Shown here piece after piece: positions 49,771-63,810 of a stretch of 64,000 nucleotides of DNA (its first letter is position 1; every line of letters starts with the position of its first letter). The stretch comes from the human T2T-CHM13v2.0 reference genome, Homo sapiens. The stretch is taken from NCBI RefSeq assembly GCF_009914755.1, contig NC_060947.1; one strand, given 5' to 3'. The translations under genes were made by a program, and so were the position numbers. The notes below the pieces were generated by a model that was not told where the DNA came from, made no database searches, and saw nothing but the letters and a program-made list of their open reading frames with translations.

Positions 49771-50483
49771 AAGCACCCCTTTTCACCCCTGCTTCTTACT
49801 GGCTTTGCTAACTTGGTTATAAGGATTTGACTGCAGAAAATCTGAATCTAAGGATAGGGTCAGAAAATATTAATTTAGACATTAAAATTCCCTAGAGGCC
49901 TTATTTGCTTGAGGAGCTTACATCTTTGTGCCATGTTGCTGAGATGATTGGTGAGCATATGCCCTCCAAGGAGTCTGCTGTTACTTGAATCTCAGCAAGT
50001 AATCTTGATAACTGATAAAAGAAAAGTGTTCATCTTGTATGAAAAAAAAGAAGAAAGACTGGAACGGTAGCAAAATTTATATCATCTGGTAGAGAAAGGT
50101 TAGTTATAATCGACTTTGTTGGAGGCTGGAAAGGAATCTTACAAAGGGAGAACTTGGATTGGCAAAGTAGCTACCCTCCCAGGACTGATGTCTGATCCCA
50201 AGTGGTCTTATCAGAAAAGGAGGGTATGTGTATGACTTTTAGGCTACCATGCCTTTCAATGGAAATGGAGGAGTAGGCATCTAGCACCTGCCAAATCAGC
50301 CTGTCTCCCAGAGCCTGATCTCTGAGTGGGATGAATTTGCATTGTGCCCCCTACATGCACACTTGTGCATGTGCATGTACACATGAATACACATGTCCAC
50401 ATATGTTCTCTCACACACAGGCACACAACCACACCTGTAGCCCTCACAGGGCCTGGCAGAACAAGGCGCATGTTACATGAAGT

Positions 50484-50592
50484 AAGCAAATAAACAATGG
50501 AATGAGTCATCTCTAGGGCCGTAACATTGTCTGAATTGGAAAAATAGCTGAGAACCAGCTTCTGGACATCCCTTAACCACTCCAATGAGTCA
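50484..50592. promoter_or_regulatory. Candidate enhancer: overlapping FOX, SOX, TEAD and AP-1 motifs plus a second AP-1
   Basis: AAATAAACAATGGAATGAGTCA at 50488-50509; TGAGTCA at 50586-50592; motif evidence only. Confidence 0.4.
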
Positions 50593-51074
50593 CTGCATAG
50601 CAGACCCTGCCAAGTGCAGCAGGAGTTTTCTCTCCTCTTCTAGAAGGTCCTCGCCAGTAGAATTGCCCAGGGCAAATGAGACAAGTGGGCGAGGAGACAC
50701 TTTTGAAGAGTGACAGTTTGAACAAGAGAAGAGAGGAAAAGGGGCAATGAGGATAAAGAAGGCAGTAGCAGTTAGCTGGCATGATATTGGAGCTGGTGGA
50801 CCTAAGAGCAGAGTGGAATTGGAAAGAAGCTGGGGCAGGACATGAAGGGATTTTACCACTTGAGGTGGCCTTAGGCCAAAATAAAAGCAAATCATATTCT
50901 TGAAAATATCACATACCACGGAAGAGAGAAAGGCTCGGGAGAAATCATCCCAACAAATAATTTTAAATTGCCCAATTTCTAGTTATCAGTTTCATTCACA
51001 GGCATTATCCCATGCATGTGTTCTCTCCCTCCAGCTTGCTTTCCCTTACATCCTAGTCCTCAGCAACAGGCACT

Positions 51075-51335
51075 GATAACAGTCATTGAGTGCTTACCAT
51101 GGGCCAGACCCTTTCCTGAGCACTTTACACATATTCACTCATGTATTCCTCATTCTCATAGGCCTAGGATATAGGTGCTACTATTATCATTGTCCTGCCT
51201 CACAAACAAAGAAGCTGAGATGAAGTTTTGTAGTGAAGTTATCCAAGATAACAGTTGGCAAGTAGCAGAACTAAAACTTGATCCCAGGCAGTCTGACTCC
51301 AGGGAGAAAAAATCTTAACCATTATGTCAAACTGC
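51075..51335 (-). mobile_element. MIR, near full length
   Basis: ATTGAGTGCTTACCATGGGCCAG...GAAGCTGAGA...CCCAGGCAGTCTGACTCCAG. Confidence 0.85.
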
Positions 51336-51384
51336 CTTTTTTACTGACTGCAGTGACTAGAACTCTTTAGAAAGACCAGTCCTT

Positions 51385-52589
51385 TCATTTATAAGTGAAA
51401 ACATGCAGTATTGGTTTTCTGTTCCTGCATTAGTTTGCTAAGCACAATGGCCTTCAGCTCCATCCATGGCCCTGCAAAGGACATGATCTCATTCTTTCTT
51501 ATGGAAAGCTCAAATTGTATGTAAGATTTATTTTTTTGTTTTTTTTTGTTTTTTTTTATTATTATTATACTTTATGTTTTAGGGTACATGTGCACAACGT
51601 GCAGGTTTGTTACATATGTATACATGTGTCATGCTGGTGTGCTGCACCCATTAACTCGTCATTTAGCATTAGGTATATCTCCTAAAGCTATCCCTCCCTC
51701 CTCCCCCCACCCCACAACAGTCCCCAGAGTGTGATGTTCCCCTTCCTGTGTCCATGTGTTCTCATTGTTCAATTCTCACCTATGAGTGAGAATATGGGGT
51801 GTTTGGTTTTTTGTTCTTGCGATAGTTTACTGAGAATGATGATTTCCAATTTCATCCATGTCCCTACAAAGGACATGAACTCATCATTTTTTATGGCTGC
51901 ATAGTATTCCATGGTGTATATGTGCCACATTTTCTTATTCCAGTCTATCATTGTTGGACATTTGGGCTGGTTCCAAGTCTTTCACATGGACACATAGTGA
52001 GGAACTACACACAACTGGGGCCTATCAGAGGGTGGAGAGTGGGAAGAGAGAAAGAATCAGGAAAAATAACTAATGGTAACTAGGCTTAATACCTCATTGA
52101 TGAAATAATCTGTACAAAAACAAAGAGACAAGTTTACCTATGGAACAAACCTGCATATGTACCCCTGAACTTAAAATATAAATTTAAAACATTTTTGAGC
52201 TTTCAAATTTTAATTTATTCTGTTTATTCCATGCTTTTATAAGAACAAATTTCAATGCCTATATTCATGCTTTGCTTTCAATAATTACAGTTTTCTAAAA
52301 GCTTCAGTTTTTTTGGGTTTCCAATTTTTGAATACTTTGATTAAACATTTCCAACTGATTTTAAATAAAACTGCAACCAAATGACTCATGTACAAAGGAA
52401 TTGAATGCCATTGTAGGACACTCAGGTTTATTTACAAGTGAGTCCTCCAGGGCCTCAGATATTTTTGGACGCAATTGAAGCTGGCCAACAAAAGGAAGAC
52501 TGTGATACTGGAGGGTTGTTTTACTTTTTTAAATGTAATGTCAGTTCTATCATAAAGGTTTTTCAGTTCAGTTAAAAAAAAAAAAAGAA
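51385..52589 (+). mobile_element. Twin-primed L1PA4-like insertion with 3' transduction carrying an older L1 fragment
   Basis: Perfect TSD AGAAAGACCAGTCCTT at 51369-51384 and 52590-52605; poly(A) 52574-52589; inverted part 51385-51982 includes the L1PA4-like 3' end (51531-51982). Confidence 0.88.
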
Positions 52590-54399
52590 AGAAAGACCAG
52601 TCCTTGTCATGGAAAAGCAGGAACCAACCACATGCATAATATCAAAGGAATGCATCTAAGGTGGTACATTTCATGGGTTCTTGAAACTAACTCAAGAAAT
52701 TACTAAACCCCTCTATTCATTTCATATCCCCTTTTGTGATGGCCAGTTTGCTTCCTCCTTTTTTTTCTACAGCCATCTGCATTTAGAGAATATATTCTTC
52801 CTATCTTACTCCCCTCTTTTGCCAGAGCCTGGCAGTGGCTTGGGTACTAGCATTGCCCAACATGATTGTCAGGTTATTCAGCTCTTCTCTAGTGCTTCCC
52901 CTCACCTGTAGTAACATTGTTTCCTGAGACTAGCTCTGAGGTGTTTGGGGATCCGGTGAGAGAGTTAAGCTAAACTTTTCATGGCTGAATAATGACTAGG
53001 AGAAAATGGAAAGATAGACGAAGTGCTAGTAGGTCTGGCAGCCAGCACTGGATGGGCAGGAAGCAAAGAGAAGCGTAACAGAGAAAGGCAGAGTGCTCAC
53101 TACCAGTGAATACCCACTATGAGCAAAGCACTCTGCTGGTGAAGAGGTTTCCTTTCAGCATTCTAAGGAGGTAGGTCATGACCCAGGAATCTGTTCACTA
53201 GAGTTGTCAAGCAACAAATCACCATTGGTGGATATGTTTGCCTCCTCCACTAAACTGGTATGTCAATGGTGGGCACTGTGTCTTGTACTTCTACGCATTC
53301 ATTACAGTCCCCAAGAGCAAGAAGGCTGTGTAGTAAATATGTTTCTCAACCATCCAGCTGCTTCCATACATTCTTTACAACGCCTCTCCTTTTCAACTTC
53401 TTTCAAGATTGATTCATCATCATAAATGTGATTGTGAGGTCCCTGTGGTTATCACCCTTGTTAACAATTGCTATTAGGATTAAGTATTACAATAATAACT
53501 CTGAAAATTATCATTAGAACTTCTCATGACAATATACATGATTATAATTGAGCTCATAGAAGCTTGTAATACTGAAGGAGAAGTTTCCTCTACAAAGCTT
53601 TGTCAGATCTAGAATGTCAGGAGGAAATATTACCTAAGGCAATTTAAACATGCAGAGATAGTGCAACTGGAGATTTGGCTTGTCAAGTCTACCCACAGGG
53701 TGCTTTGCAGTTAATGCCAGTCGCTGGAAACTGTGCAGAGGTCAGTCAAAAGACTGACGAATGTAGCTAAGTGGGCTTTCAGAAACAATTCTTTGGGCTG
53801 AGCATATCTGGGCCGTTGCTAGATGCCAAGCTGCCAACTCTATCCTCTTGCTGATCATTGGCCTCAGGAGCTAAGCACAAGACTCAATCAGGTATTACTA
53901 GACTTTGTAAATAGCATACTTCTTTTCAGGAAAAGAGATGTCTCCATGGGGCTGTGAACCCTGGTTCCCATCAGCCAGGACACTCTTCTCATCACCCTGT
54001 GCACTTCACCTCAACTAAGAAGTGTGTAGTATCCACAAGCATCATGGTTTCTTGAGGATGCCAGGATTTGGGTGGAGAGAGGAGAGAAGCAGCACTAGGT
54101 GTCTCTTATTAAAAGGCTGTACCACCAGATCCTATTAAATCCCGCTTCACAGCAGTCCTGACTTCCAGCTTACCCAGCTTTAGTGCCTCCTGTGAGGCCC
54201 TGTTTTTCTTCTTTAATTAGATGGAGACATCCGGTGTTTTGTTAGCTACCTCCACAGGGTTATAAGTATAGCCATGAGCACTACTCCTGCCAATAGGGTA
54301 CAGATAGGAGTTTTTCATAATGGGAATTTCTGATACTAAGGAAGAATTCTCTTTCCTCATTAAAATACAGTGTAAAAGCTCAGCAAACAAGTGATATTA

Positions 54400-54880
54400 T
54401 ATTTTTGTGAATAAATGTCGCAATAGTAATAGAAAACATATGCTAATTAGCACAAAGTAAAGAGAGTTATCAAGTCTAACAAGATTGAGAAGGACTGGTT
54501 TCATGAATGACAGAGAAAGTCATATTGGCTTGATCTATGGACATATGTAAAGTTTTAGCCAACAATTATAGGATACAGATTTTTCTCATCCGTGAAAAAT
54601 GTACCAAAAAGCAATGATGATGATCTAGGCTGTAATGAAAGCCTTACTAAACTTCAAAGAATTAGGTATCATACAGATTGATCTCTTATTACCACAAAAC
54701 TAGGTAAGAAACTAATAATAAAAGTGATAAATAGAAATGACCATATTTTAAAAAATTAAACACATGCTTCTAAATAACTTATGATTTAAATCAGAAATCA
54801 CAATGGAAATATAAAATTACCAGAACTTAATGAAAGAAACACATATGAGACCTTCACGATACAGCCAAGTCAGTACATTT
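54400..54880 (+). mobile_element. Ancient L1M ORF2 fragment
   Basis: CACATGCTTCTAAATAACTTATG...GAAATCACAATGGAAAT. Confidence 0.65.
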
Positions 54881-57790
54881 ATTTTTAACAACATTGTGAG
54901 GTAAATTAACATACAATAAATTACGCAAGTTTAAAGCATACAGTATTATGCTTTTTGACCTTCGTATACATCCTTGAAACCATCATTACAATCAAGAGAA
55001 TTAACACTTCTACAACACTCTAAAGTTTCCTTGTGCCCCTGCGTAATTCCTCACTCCCTAGATCCCTCCTCACCTTCCATTCCTAGGTAATACCTGACAT
55101 AATTTGTCATTAACAGATTAGTCTGCATTTTATAAAATTCTATTTAATTGTAATTTAGAGTGACCAACCATTCAGGTTTTCCTGGGACTGAGGAGTTTCC
55201 CAGGATGTGGGACTTATATCCATGCTAATAGATGTGTAATTATATATTATTGTGGTTTATTTGGCATCTTCGTAATGAGTAATGATATTCATTTTTATAT
55301 TTGTTTGTGATTTGTATATCTTCTTTGGCGAAGTGTCTCTTCAAATATTTTGCCTATTCTTAATTGAATGTTTGCCTTCTCATTATGGAGTTTTATGATT
55401 TATTTATATGATCCTTATAAAGTCCTTAATGATTTGCAATTATTTTCTTCTGGCATATGCCCTGTATTTCATTCTCTTAACAATGTATTTTGAAGAGCAG
55501 AGATTTTAATTTTCATAAAACCTATTTTTTTATCATGGTTTTATTGTCATGTCTAAGAAATCTATAGGTTGTAAACATTTTCTTTTGTTTTATTTTAGAA
55601 ATATTATAGTTTGGGGTTTTACATTTTGGTCTCTTATCTATTTAAAGATAATCTTTATATGTAGTATGAGGTATAGATCAAAGTTCATAACTCATATGGA
55701 TATGATTGGTATATAGATAGCCAATTTTAAAAGCAAAATTTGTTGAAAAGGCTATATTTCCTCCACTCCTATGCCTCTGTAGCTTTATTGCAAATCAGTT
55801 GTTCATGTATGTAAGGGTCTATTTCTGGATTTTATTCTGTTCCATTGACCTATTTGTCTATCTTGATGCTGATATAACACAATCTTGATTGCCGTAGCTT
55901 TATAATAAGTCTTGGGATTAGAAAATGTAAGTCTTCCAAACTTGTTCTTTCTTATCAAATTTATTTTGGCGATTCCAGGTAATTTGTATTTCCATATGTA
56001 CTTTATAATTAACTTGTGAAGTCTGCAAAGAAAAGGCTGTTAGTTTTGTTGGGATTGAAGTCAATTTATAGAAAAATTTGGGGAGAATTGATGTTTTCAC
56101 TGTATGTTGTGTTTAGACAAAAGAAATAACGTATTTCTATTATTTAGATCTTTCTTTCATTTATCTCAACAATGCTTTAGAATTTTCAGTTAATATGTCT
56201 TGTTCACATTGTATTTGATTTATCCCTAAGCATTTCATAATTTGATACTATTGGAATTGCTATTGTTTTATGCCTTTAAATTCCAGATGGTTTATTGCTA
56301 GTATATAGAAACAAAAATTATTTTTTAAAATAGATGACATTTATTTCTTTATCTTGCCTAATTGGCCTGTCTAGAACCTCCAGTACACTGTCAAATAGAA
56401 ATGGTGAGCGTGGACATCCTTGCCTTCTTTCTAATTTAGGAAAAAAAAAACACTCGTCTTTCATCATTACATAAAATATTAGACATGGATTTCTCATAGA
56501 TGCTCTTTATCAGGCTGAGGAAGTCCCCTTCTATTACTAATAATAATTTGTAGAATGTTTTTGTAGTGAAAGAGTTTTGGATTTCTCAATTGCTTTATTC
56601 TTGTCTATTGAGAAGATCATAATTTTATCTTTTAGTTTGTTAATATAGAGAATTATAAGTTGACTGATTTTTCAAATGTTAAATCCAACTTGCATTCTCA
56701 ATATAAAATCAGTTTGGTTAAGATATATTATCGTTTTTATATGTTAGTTAATTTGTTAAAACATTGTTCAAAATTGTTTCATCTATGTTAAGGGATATAT
56801 GTCTGTAGCTTTCTTTTCTTGTAATGTCTTTTTAACTACTTTGAGGAAGGGAAGCCTCATAAAATGTGATGTGAAGTATTCTTTCCTCTTCATTTTTTTA
56901 TTAAGAGTTTGTGTGGAATTGCTATTATTTCTTCAACAAATGTTTAATAACATTCACAAATAACACCATCTGTGCCTGAAGTTTTCTTTGTGTGAAGGTT
57001 TTTCACTATAAATTTAATGATTTTAACAGGTATAGAGTTATTCAAGTTATTTATTTTTTCTTGAATGAATTTTGATAGTTTATGCCCTTCAAAGGATTTG
57101 TCCATTTCATGTAAGCTGTCAATTTTATTGTCATAAAGTGTTTCATAATATTTGGTTTTGTTTCTTTTCTTCTATATTCTAATATATATAGAATCTGTAG
57201 TCAATTTCCTTTCCCATTCTGGTGTTAATAATTTTTGTCATCTCTCTTTTGTTTCTGATCGGCATGTGAAGAGGTTTATTGATTTTATTAATCTCAAAGA
57301 AACAGCTTTTTCTTCATAGAATTTCTCTGCTGTTTATTTGCTTCTATTTTATTGATTTGTGCTCTTATATGTATTATTTCTCCATTTTATCATTATTACT
57401 ATTTGTGTTTCTCTATTTTTAAAGGTGAAACCTTAAGGCATTAATTTGAGACTATTTTTGTACTGTAGGCATTTACTGTTACAAGTTTCTCTCCTAGCGC
57501 TGCTTTAACTGCATCCCATAAATTTTGATGTATCATGCTTTCATTTTGTTAAAAAGTTTCTAATTTCCCTTTTCATTTCTTCTATGACTCATTAGTTATT
57601 TAACAGTGTGCTTTTAGTTTCTAAATTCTTGGCAATTTTTCAAATATATTTCTGTTATTATTTCTAGTTTAATTCCATTTTGGTCAGAGACCATACTTTG
57701 TATGATATGGATTCTATTTAATTTATTGATACATGTGGTATTATCCAGAATATTATCTATATTGATAAATATTCCATGTATACTGTTAAA
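54880..57790 (-). mobile_element. L1M (MB/MC/MD-type) antisense, with MER94-like fragment at 55156-55215
   Basis: Antisense 3'UTR and ORF2 (GAGCGTGGACATCCTTGCCTT); TAGAGTGACCAACC...CCTGGGACTGAGGAGTTTCCCAGG is MER94-like. Confidence 0.8.
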
Positions 57791-57804
57791 AATCTATTAT
57801 TTTT

Positions 57805-59385
57805 AGCAATTGACATCATACTTAATAGAGAGAAATAAGAAGCCTTCTGTCAACAATTAAGAAAAAGGCAAGAATGCCCCCTCTTGCCACACTTATTCAA
57901 CATGAGACTGGAAGTCCTAGGTAATTCAGTAAAGCAAGAAAATAAAAAAAAAAGGATATAAAGATTGGGAAGGAATAAATAAAACTGTTCATGAATGACA
58001 GAATGGTGCATGTAGAAAATCTCAAAGAATCAACAAAAAAGCCTTTGAAAGTAATAAGTGATTATTGCAAGGTTGCAGAATATGTACTAAAGTCAATTTA
58101 TTTTCTATATACTAGCAATGAGCAATTAGAATTTGAAATTCAAAACACAACACTATTTAAATTTCAACCAAAATATTAAATACTTAGGCACAAATCTAAG
58201 AAAATACATAAAAGATCTATAGAAGGAAAACTATAAAACTCAAAAAAGAAATCAAAGAAGATCTAAATATATTGAGAAAATGTCCAGTTTATTGATAGAA
58301 AGACTCAATGTAGTTATAATGTCAGCTCTCCCCAACTTGATATAGAGTCAATGCAATCTCAGTTCAAATCTCAGCAAGTCATTTTCTATATAGGGACAAA
58401 CTGATTCTAAAGTGTAAATGGAAAAGCAAAATAACCAGGATAGTCAACACAACACTGGAGAAGAAGAAATTCAGAGGACTGATACTATCTGACTTCAAGT
58501 ATTACTGTAAAGCTACATTAGTCACAGCAGTGTGGTATTAGTGAAAGAATAAATAAATAGGTTAATAGAACAAAATAGCTCAGAAATAGACCCACACAAA
58601 TGTAGTTAATTGATCTTTGACAAAGGAAGAAAGGCAATTCAATGGAAGAAATAATGACCTTTTCAACAAATGATGCTGGAACAACTGGTCATCTATGTGC
58701 AAAAAAACACCATGAATCTAGACACAGATCTTACATGTTTCACAAAAGCTAACTCCAAATGGATCATAGACCTAAATGTAAAATACAAAATTATAAAACG
58801 TCTAGAAGATATCATAGGAGACTAGGAGAACATGGGTTTGGTGATGTATCTTAATCACAGGGATTGAGAAAACTATATATGTTTGTCAAAACTCATCAAA
58901 TTATATACTTAAAATAGGTAAACCCTATTGGATATAACTTATACATCAGTAAACTGATTTATTAAAACAAGTTATATGATCTATAGTAAATCAGACACAA
59001 GGCACAAGGACAGGAAAATAGACAAATGTAACAGAAATAGAAAGTCTGAAAGCAGATCCATACATATTTGGAGAATTTATTTCTGACAATGCTGGCATAT
59101 AGAATTTTTTTTTCTGTATGAATATGGCTATACCAAATATCTATGTGGAAAAAAATAAAATTTGATTCCTAACTAAAAAAAGATCCCGGGTATATTGTAA
59201 TTCTAAAGGAGAATAGTAAAACAATAAACCTACTAGAAGAATGCATAGGAGATACCTTTTTGACTTTGGAGCAGAAGATTTTATAGGCAAAAAGTAAAAG
59301 ATTTGTAAACTGAACTACATTAATAACCGGGCTTCTGTCCATCAAAAGAAACCATTAAGAGAATGTAAACGCAATACACAGGTTG
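57805..59385 (+). mobile_element. L1MC/ME ORF2 and 3' remnants
   Basis: GGCAAGAATGCCCCCTCTTGCCAC...TTCAACA, TGATCTTTGACAAAGG, ATGGATCATAGACCTAAATG. Confidence 0.8.
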
Positions 59386-60021
59386 CTGCCATAGTGAAGC
59401 TATTCAGAATTTCCCACCAGATATTGTTGAGTCACCTTCATGCTCTTTATTATAGATTCCCTAAAAGGGGGACAGTTGGTGAAAGAGTCCAGCCTCTAGA
59501 CTTTTTTAAGCCTGTGCTGGATATGGGGGCACTCAGAGGATGACAAACAAATGTTCTCTGTCTTTAAAGCACAGTGCCAGCTGACACCTCCCATATTTGA
59601 AGGGTCAAAATCTAAGGTATGAGATGCAATTTGGGAAAGGGATTGGGGAAAGGTACGATGTTTATATCATGCGATTTTTGTAGGCTGGGTTAGCTAAATT
59701 TCCGTTCCCTTGTGTGCCCCTGTCCCACTGTTTAGTAGCAGATCCATACACTGTTGGTGTTCATTTCATCCCAACTTACCAAGCAGCAAAGATATTATAA
59801 GGGGGCATATTTTGTGCTAAGTCCATAAACATGGCCAGTAATTTACAGCAACTTAGCATTTCAATTTGTGCCTGGGCTAAGGAGGTAATAACAACTGTGC
59901 ATTTTGAAAGATGAATATGGAGGAAATATAACAAGGTCCAGGAAAATCTTTCTAGGTAACAATAGGTTCTCATAGTAATCCAGAGTCTTGTCAGGAAAAC
60001 AGTCTCAGGATAAAGATGAAG

Positions 60022-61338
60022 CCAAATCTACAGATTCAATGCTTTTCTTATCAAACTACCAATGTCATTTTTCACGGAATTAGAAAACTACTCTAAAATT
60101 CATATGGAACCAGAAAGGAGCCAAAATTGCCAATGCAACAACAAACAAAGCCGGAAGCATCACATTTCCTGACTTCAAACCATATTATAAGGCTACAGTA
60201 ATCAAAACACATGGCACCAGTACCAAAACAGGTGTATAGATGAGTGGAATCAAATAGAGAACCCAGAAATACAGGCACACACCTAAACCAAACTTATCTT
60301 CAGCAAAGTTGACAAAAATAAGCAATGGAGAAAGAACTCCCTATTCAATAAATGGTGCTGGTATAACTGGCTAATGAAGGATGAAGAATGAAACTAGACC
60401 CCTACCTATTATCAGACACAAAAATTAACTCAAGATGGATCAGAGACTTACATTATCTTTATGTAAGAACTCAAACTATAAGAATCCTAAAACAAAACCT
60501 AGGAAATACTCTTCTGGACATTGGCCTTGGCAAAGGATTTATGACAAAATCCTCAAAAGCAATTACATCAAAAGCAAAAATTCACAAGTGGGACCTAGTT
60601 TAACTAAAAAGCTTCTGCACAGCAAAAGAAACTATTAACAGAGTAAACAGACAACCTACAGAATGGAAGAAGATATTTGCAAACTATGCATCTGAAATTT
60701 GTCCAGCCACTGTAGAAAGCAGTTTGGAGATGTCTCAAAGAACTTAAAAAAGAACTACCATTCAACCCAGCAATCCCATTTCTGGGTATATACCCAAAGG
60801 AAAACAAATCATTGTACCAAAAAGACACATGTACTCATATATTCATCAAAATACTATTCACAATAACAAAGTCATGGAATCAACCTAGGTGCCCATCAAC
60901 AGTGGATTGGATAAAGAAAATGTGGTACATATACACCATGGAACACTACACAGCCATAAAAAAGAATGAAATCATGTCCTTTGCAGCAACAGGGATATAG
61001 TTGGAGGCCATTATCTTAAGAGAATTAACGCAGAAACAGAAAACCAAATACCACCTGTTCTCACTTATAAGTGGGTGCTAAACATAAGGTACACAGGGAC
61101 ATAAAGATGGGAACAATAGACACTGGGGACTACAAGAAGGGGAAGGGAGGGGGCAGGTCGAAGGTTAGAAAACTACCTATTAGATATTATGCTCATTACC
61201 TGAGTGACGAGTTCGATCGTACCCCAAACCTCAGCTTCACACAATATACTCATGTAGCAAACCTGCACCTGTACTCCCTGAATCTGAAATAAAAATTGAG
61301 CCTAAAAAAAAAAAAAAAACAACAAAAAAAAAAAACAA
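60022..61338 (+). mobile_element. L1PA15/16-like 3' fragment with internal deletion near 60695
   Basis: CTACAGATTCAATGC...; GGACATAAAGATGGGAACAATAGACACTGGGGACTAC; A-rich tail 61304-61335. Confidence 0.9.
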
Positions 61339-61344
61339 GAAAAC

Positions 61345-62245
61345 CCTCCCATGTAGGACTATAAAACCCTTTCTAAAGACATCAGAAAATTTAAGGTAGA
61401 GATTCATAGATCTCGCAGAAAAAAAATGCTTTCTTAGAATCTTAAAACATTTATACAATATAAATGTTTCTTGAACAGTAGGATTTTTCAGAATTTGGGG
61501 GACATAATCATGCCATGACTGCCACACAAGAAGCCCAAGTTAAGGAGGGACTTATCTCTTGAAGAGACCTAAGGGTTTGGCATTTGTCTAAAGGAGCTGA
61601 TTATACACTGACCCATAAAACTCCACAACGCTTTTAAAGTAATTATACCAGCATGCACTGAAAGGGGGAGAGAGAATGTAAAACCAAAGGAGATCTTTGG
61701 ACCCACCCCAAATTCTACAGTCAGGAAACAGCCTGAAAAAACTATCGAGCTGCAAACACAGGCTACTTTTTTATGGAAAATAAATATTTTGAATACAGAA
61801 TAAAAAATAAGGATGGCAGAGCCAAGAGACAGGGAAAATCACAACTAGGGAGGAGGACTTGTCCATAACAAAAGATGTGTCAACGCATGCCCAACTGGCT
61901 TGAGAATTGCTATGGAGCAGTAAAACTTATATGCCTCCCACTTTCCCTTTTCCTGAACAGGAGTGTCTATTGTAGATATCCTATGCCTGTCCTACCATTG
62001 TATCACATGGGATAGATAACTTGTCACTTTAGTTCACAGGCCTTCAGATCAAGAAGAATCATACTCAGGAAATTGAACTCGGAGAGTCTTATTCACATCT
62101 AGAGCTAGTTTAGATGACAAGATACTGGACCTGATGCCATGGCACAGAGGGACTTTGGGTGGGGTGAGGCTGAGGGTTCTTGGGAGAGGTAGAGTGTGTT
62201 TTGCTTATGGGAGGAATATAAATAATGTGTGGCCAGAGGGTGAAT
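61345..62245 (+). mobile_element. Probable MaLR internal sequence
   Basis: Ends in a PPT-like GGCCAGAGGGTGAA directly before the MLT1 LTR. Confidence 0.55.
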
Positions 62246-62802
62246 TATGGTGGTTTTGAAATGTGGTAGCAAATCCTTTGACACTCTTCCCATCAATAGG
62301 AGCTAACTCTCCTCCCCACGAATCTGAGCAGGCTTGATATTGCTTTGATCAGTAGAAAGTGGAGGTGATGCTATGGTACTGCTAAGACTAGGTCATAGGA
62401 GAAAATGCAAGCTTCTGCCTTGTGTGGCTGCAATACTCACTTTTGATGTCCAAGGACAGCAGATAAGAAATCCAACAATCCTGAAGTCTCTCTGTTGTGA
62501 GAATGTCCAAACCACATAAAAAGGCCATGTGTAAGTGCTCTGGATAACAGATCAAGTGGAGCCAAACCTTTAGACATCCCATGCCTCATGACAGACATGT
62601 GAGTGAAGAAGCCTCAGATGATTCCAGCAGCCACTCAAGTGTTCCCAGTGGAGGGACTGGATACTGGGTGTTGGAGATAGTCATCCTCACTGTGTCCTAT
62701 CTAAATTTCTGACCCACAAAATCAGTGGCCATAATAAATTGGCTTTTGTTTTATGCGTTTACATTTGAGGTGATTTGTTACACAGCAATTAATAGCTGAC
62801 TA
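62246..62802 (+). mobile_element. MLT1F/G-like LTR
   Basis: TATGGTGGTTTTGAAA...CAAATCCTTTGACACTCTTCCC...AGACATGTGAGTGAAGAAGCC...GATTTGTTACACAGCAAT. Confidence 0.85.
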
Positions 62803-62804
62803 TT

Positions 62805-63810
62805 CTTCTTATCCAGAATATATAAATAATGCAAAAATTATTAATGAAAAAAGCCAGAAAACACAAGAGAAAAATGAACAAGAGAATGCAAACAAGCACT
62901 ATCCAAAGAAGGATATCAAAATGGCCAACATGCAAATGAAAAGGTGCTCAACCTTGTTAGTCATCAGGGAAATGCAAATTAAAACACAATGATATACCAC
63001 TTCACACCCACCAGAGTGGTTAAAAATAAAAATACAGACAACAAATATATGTACAGCTAAGAGGACTCTTACGAACTGCTGGCGAGAGTACAAGTTGATT
63101 CAAGCACTTTAGAAAAATTGTTTGGCAGTAATTTCTCCAGTTAAAAATATGCATATCCTAGGAACAGCAACGTCATTCTGAGGTTTATATTTAACATCCA
63201 TCCATGCACATGTGCACTAAAAGACTTGTACACAAATGTTCATGGCAGCATTATTCATTAAAGTCAAAGACTGAAAACATCCCCCATATCCATCAAGAAC
63301 AGATTGGATAAGTTAAGCTGGGGCGTATTAGTAAGATGGAATACGGTGCAACAATTAAATGAATGATCTACAGCTATATGTAACAACATAGATGGATCTC
63401 AAAACATAAACTTTAGTAAGAAAAGCCAAATATAAATAAGACATCCTGTATAGTTTGACATATATATTATATTATATGTGTGTATATATAATATATATTA
63501 TATATATAATATATATAATATATATATAATACATAGTATATATTATATATAATATATATTATATATATAATATATATATATAATCACAAAACAGGAAAAA
63601 AGCAATCAGTAGTATTATATGACATAATAGCATTTTCTTTGCGGATGGAAGAAGGAAGTACTAATTGTAAAGGAGCGTGAGGGAATTCTGGGTTTGTGGA
63701 AATATTGTTTCTTAATCTAAGGGGTTGTTACATTGGTGTATTAACTCTGTAATAATTTATTGAGCAACAGGTATGCAAGTTTTCAGGTAGGTTATATGTC
63801 AATAAAGGAA
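62805..63810 (+). mobile_element. L1ME-type 3' region with (TA)n tract at 63460-63582
   Basis: GTCATCAGGGAAATGCAAATTAAAAC...AATGTTCATGGCAGCATTATTC...GGATCTCAAAACATAA. Confidence 0.82.

Noticed and set aside
59385-60020. Unassigned ~640-bp stretch between L1 remnants
   Set aside because: No TSD, ORF or motif cluster found; may be decayed MaLR internal sequence; cannot be called without a database search
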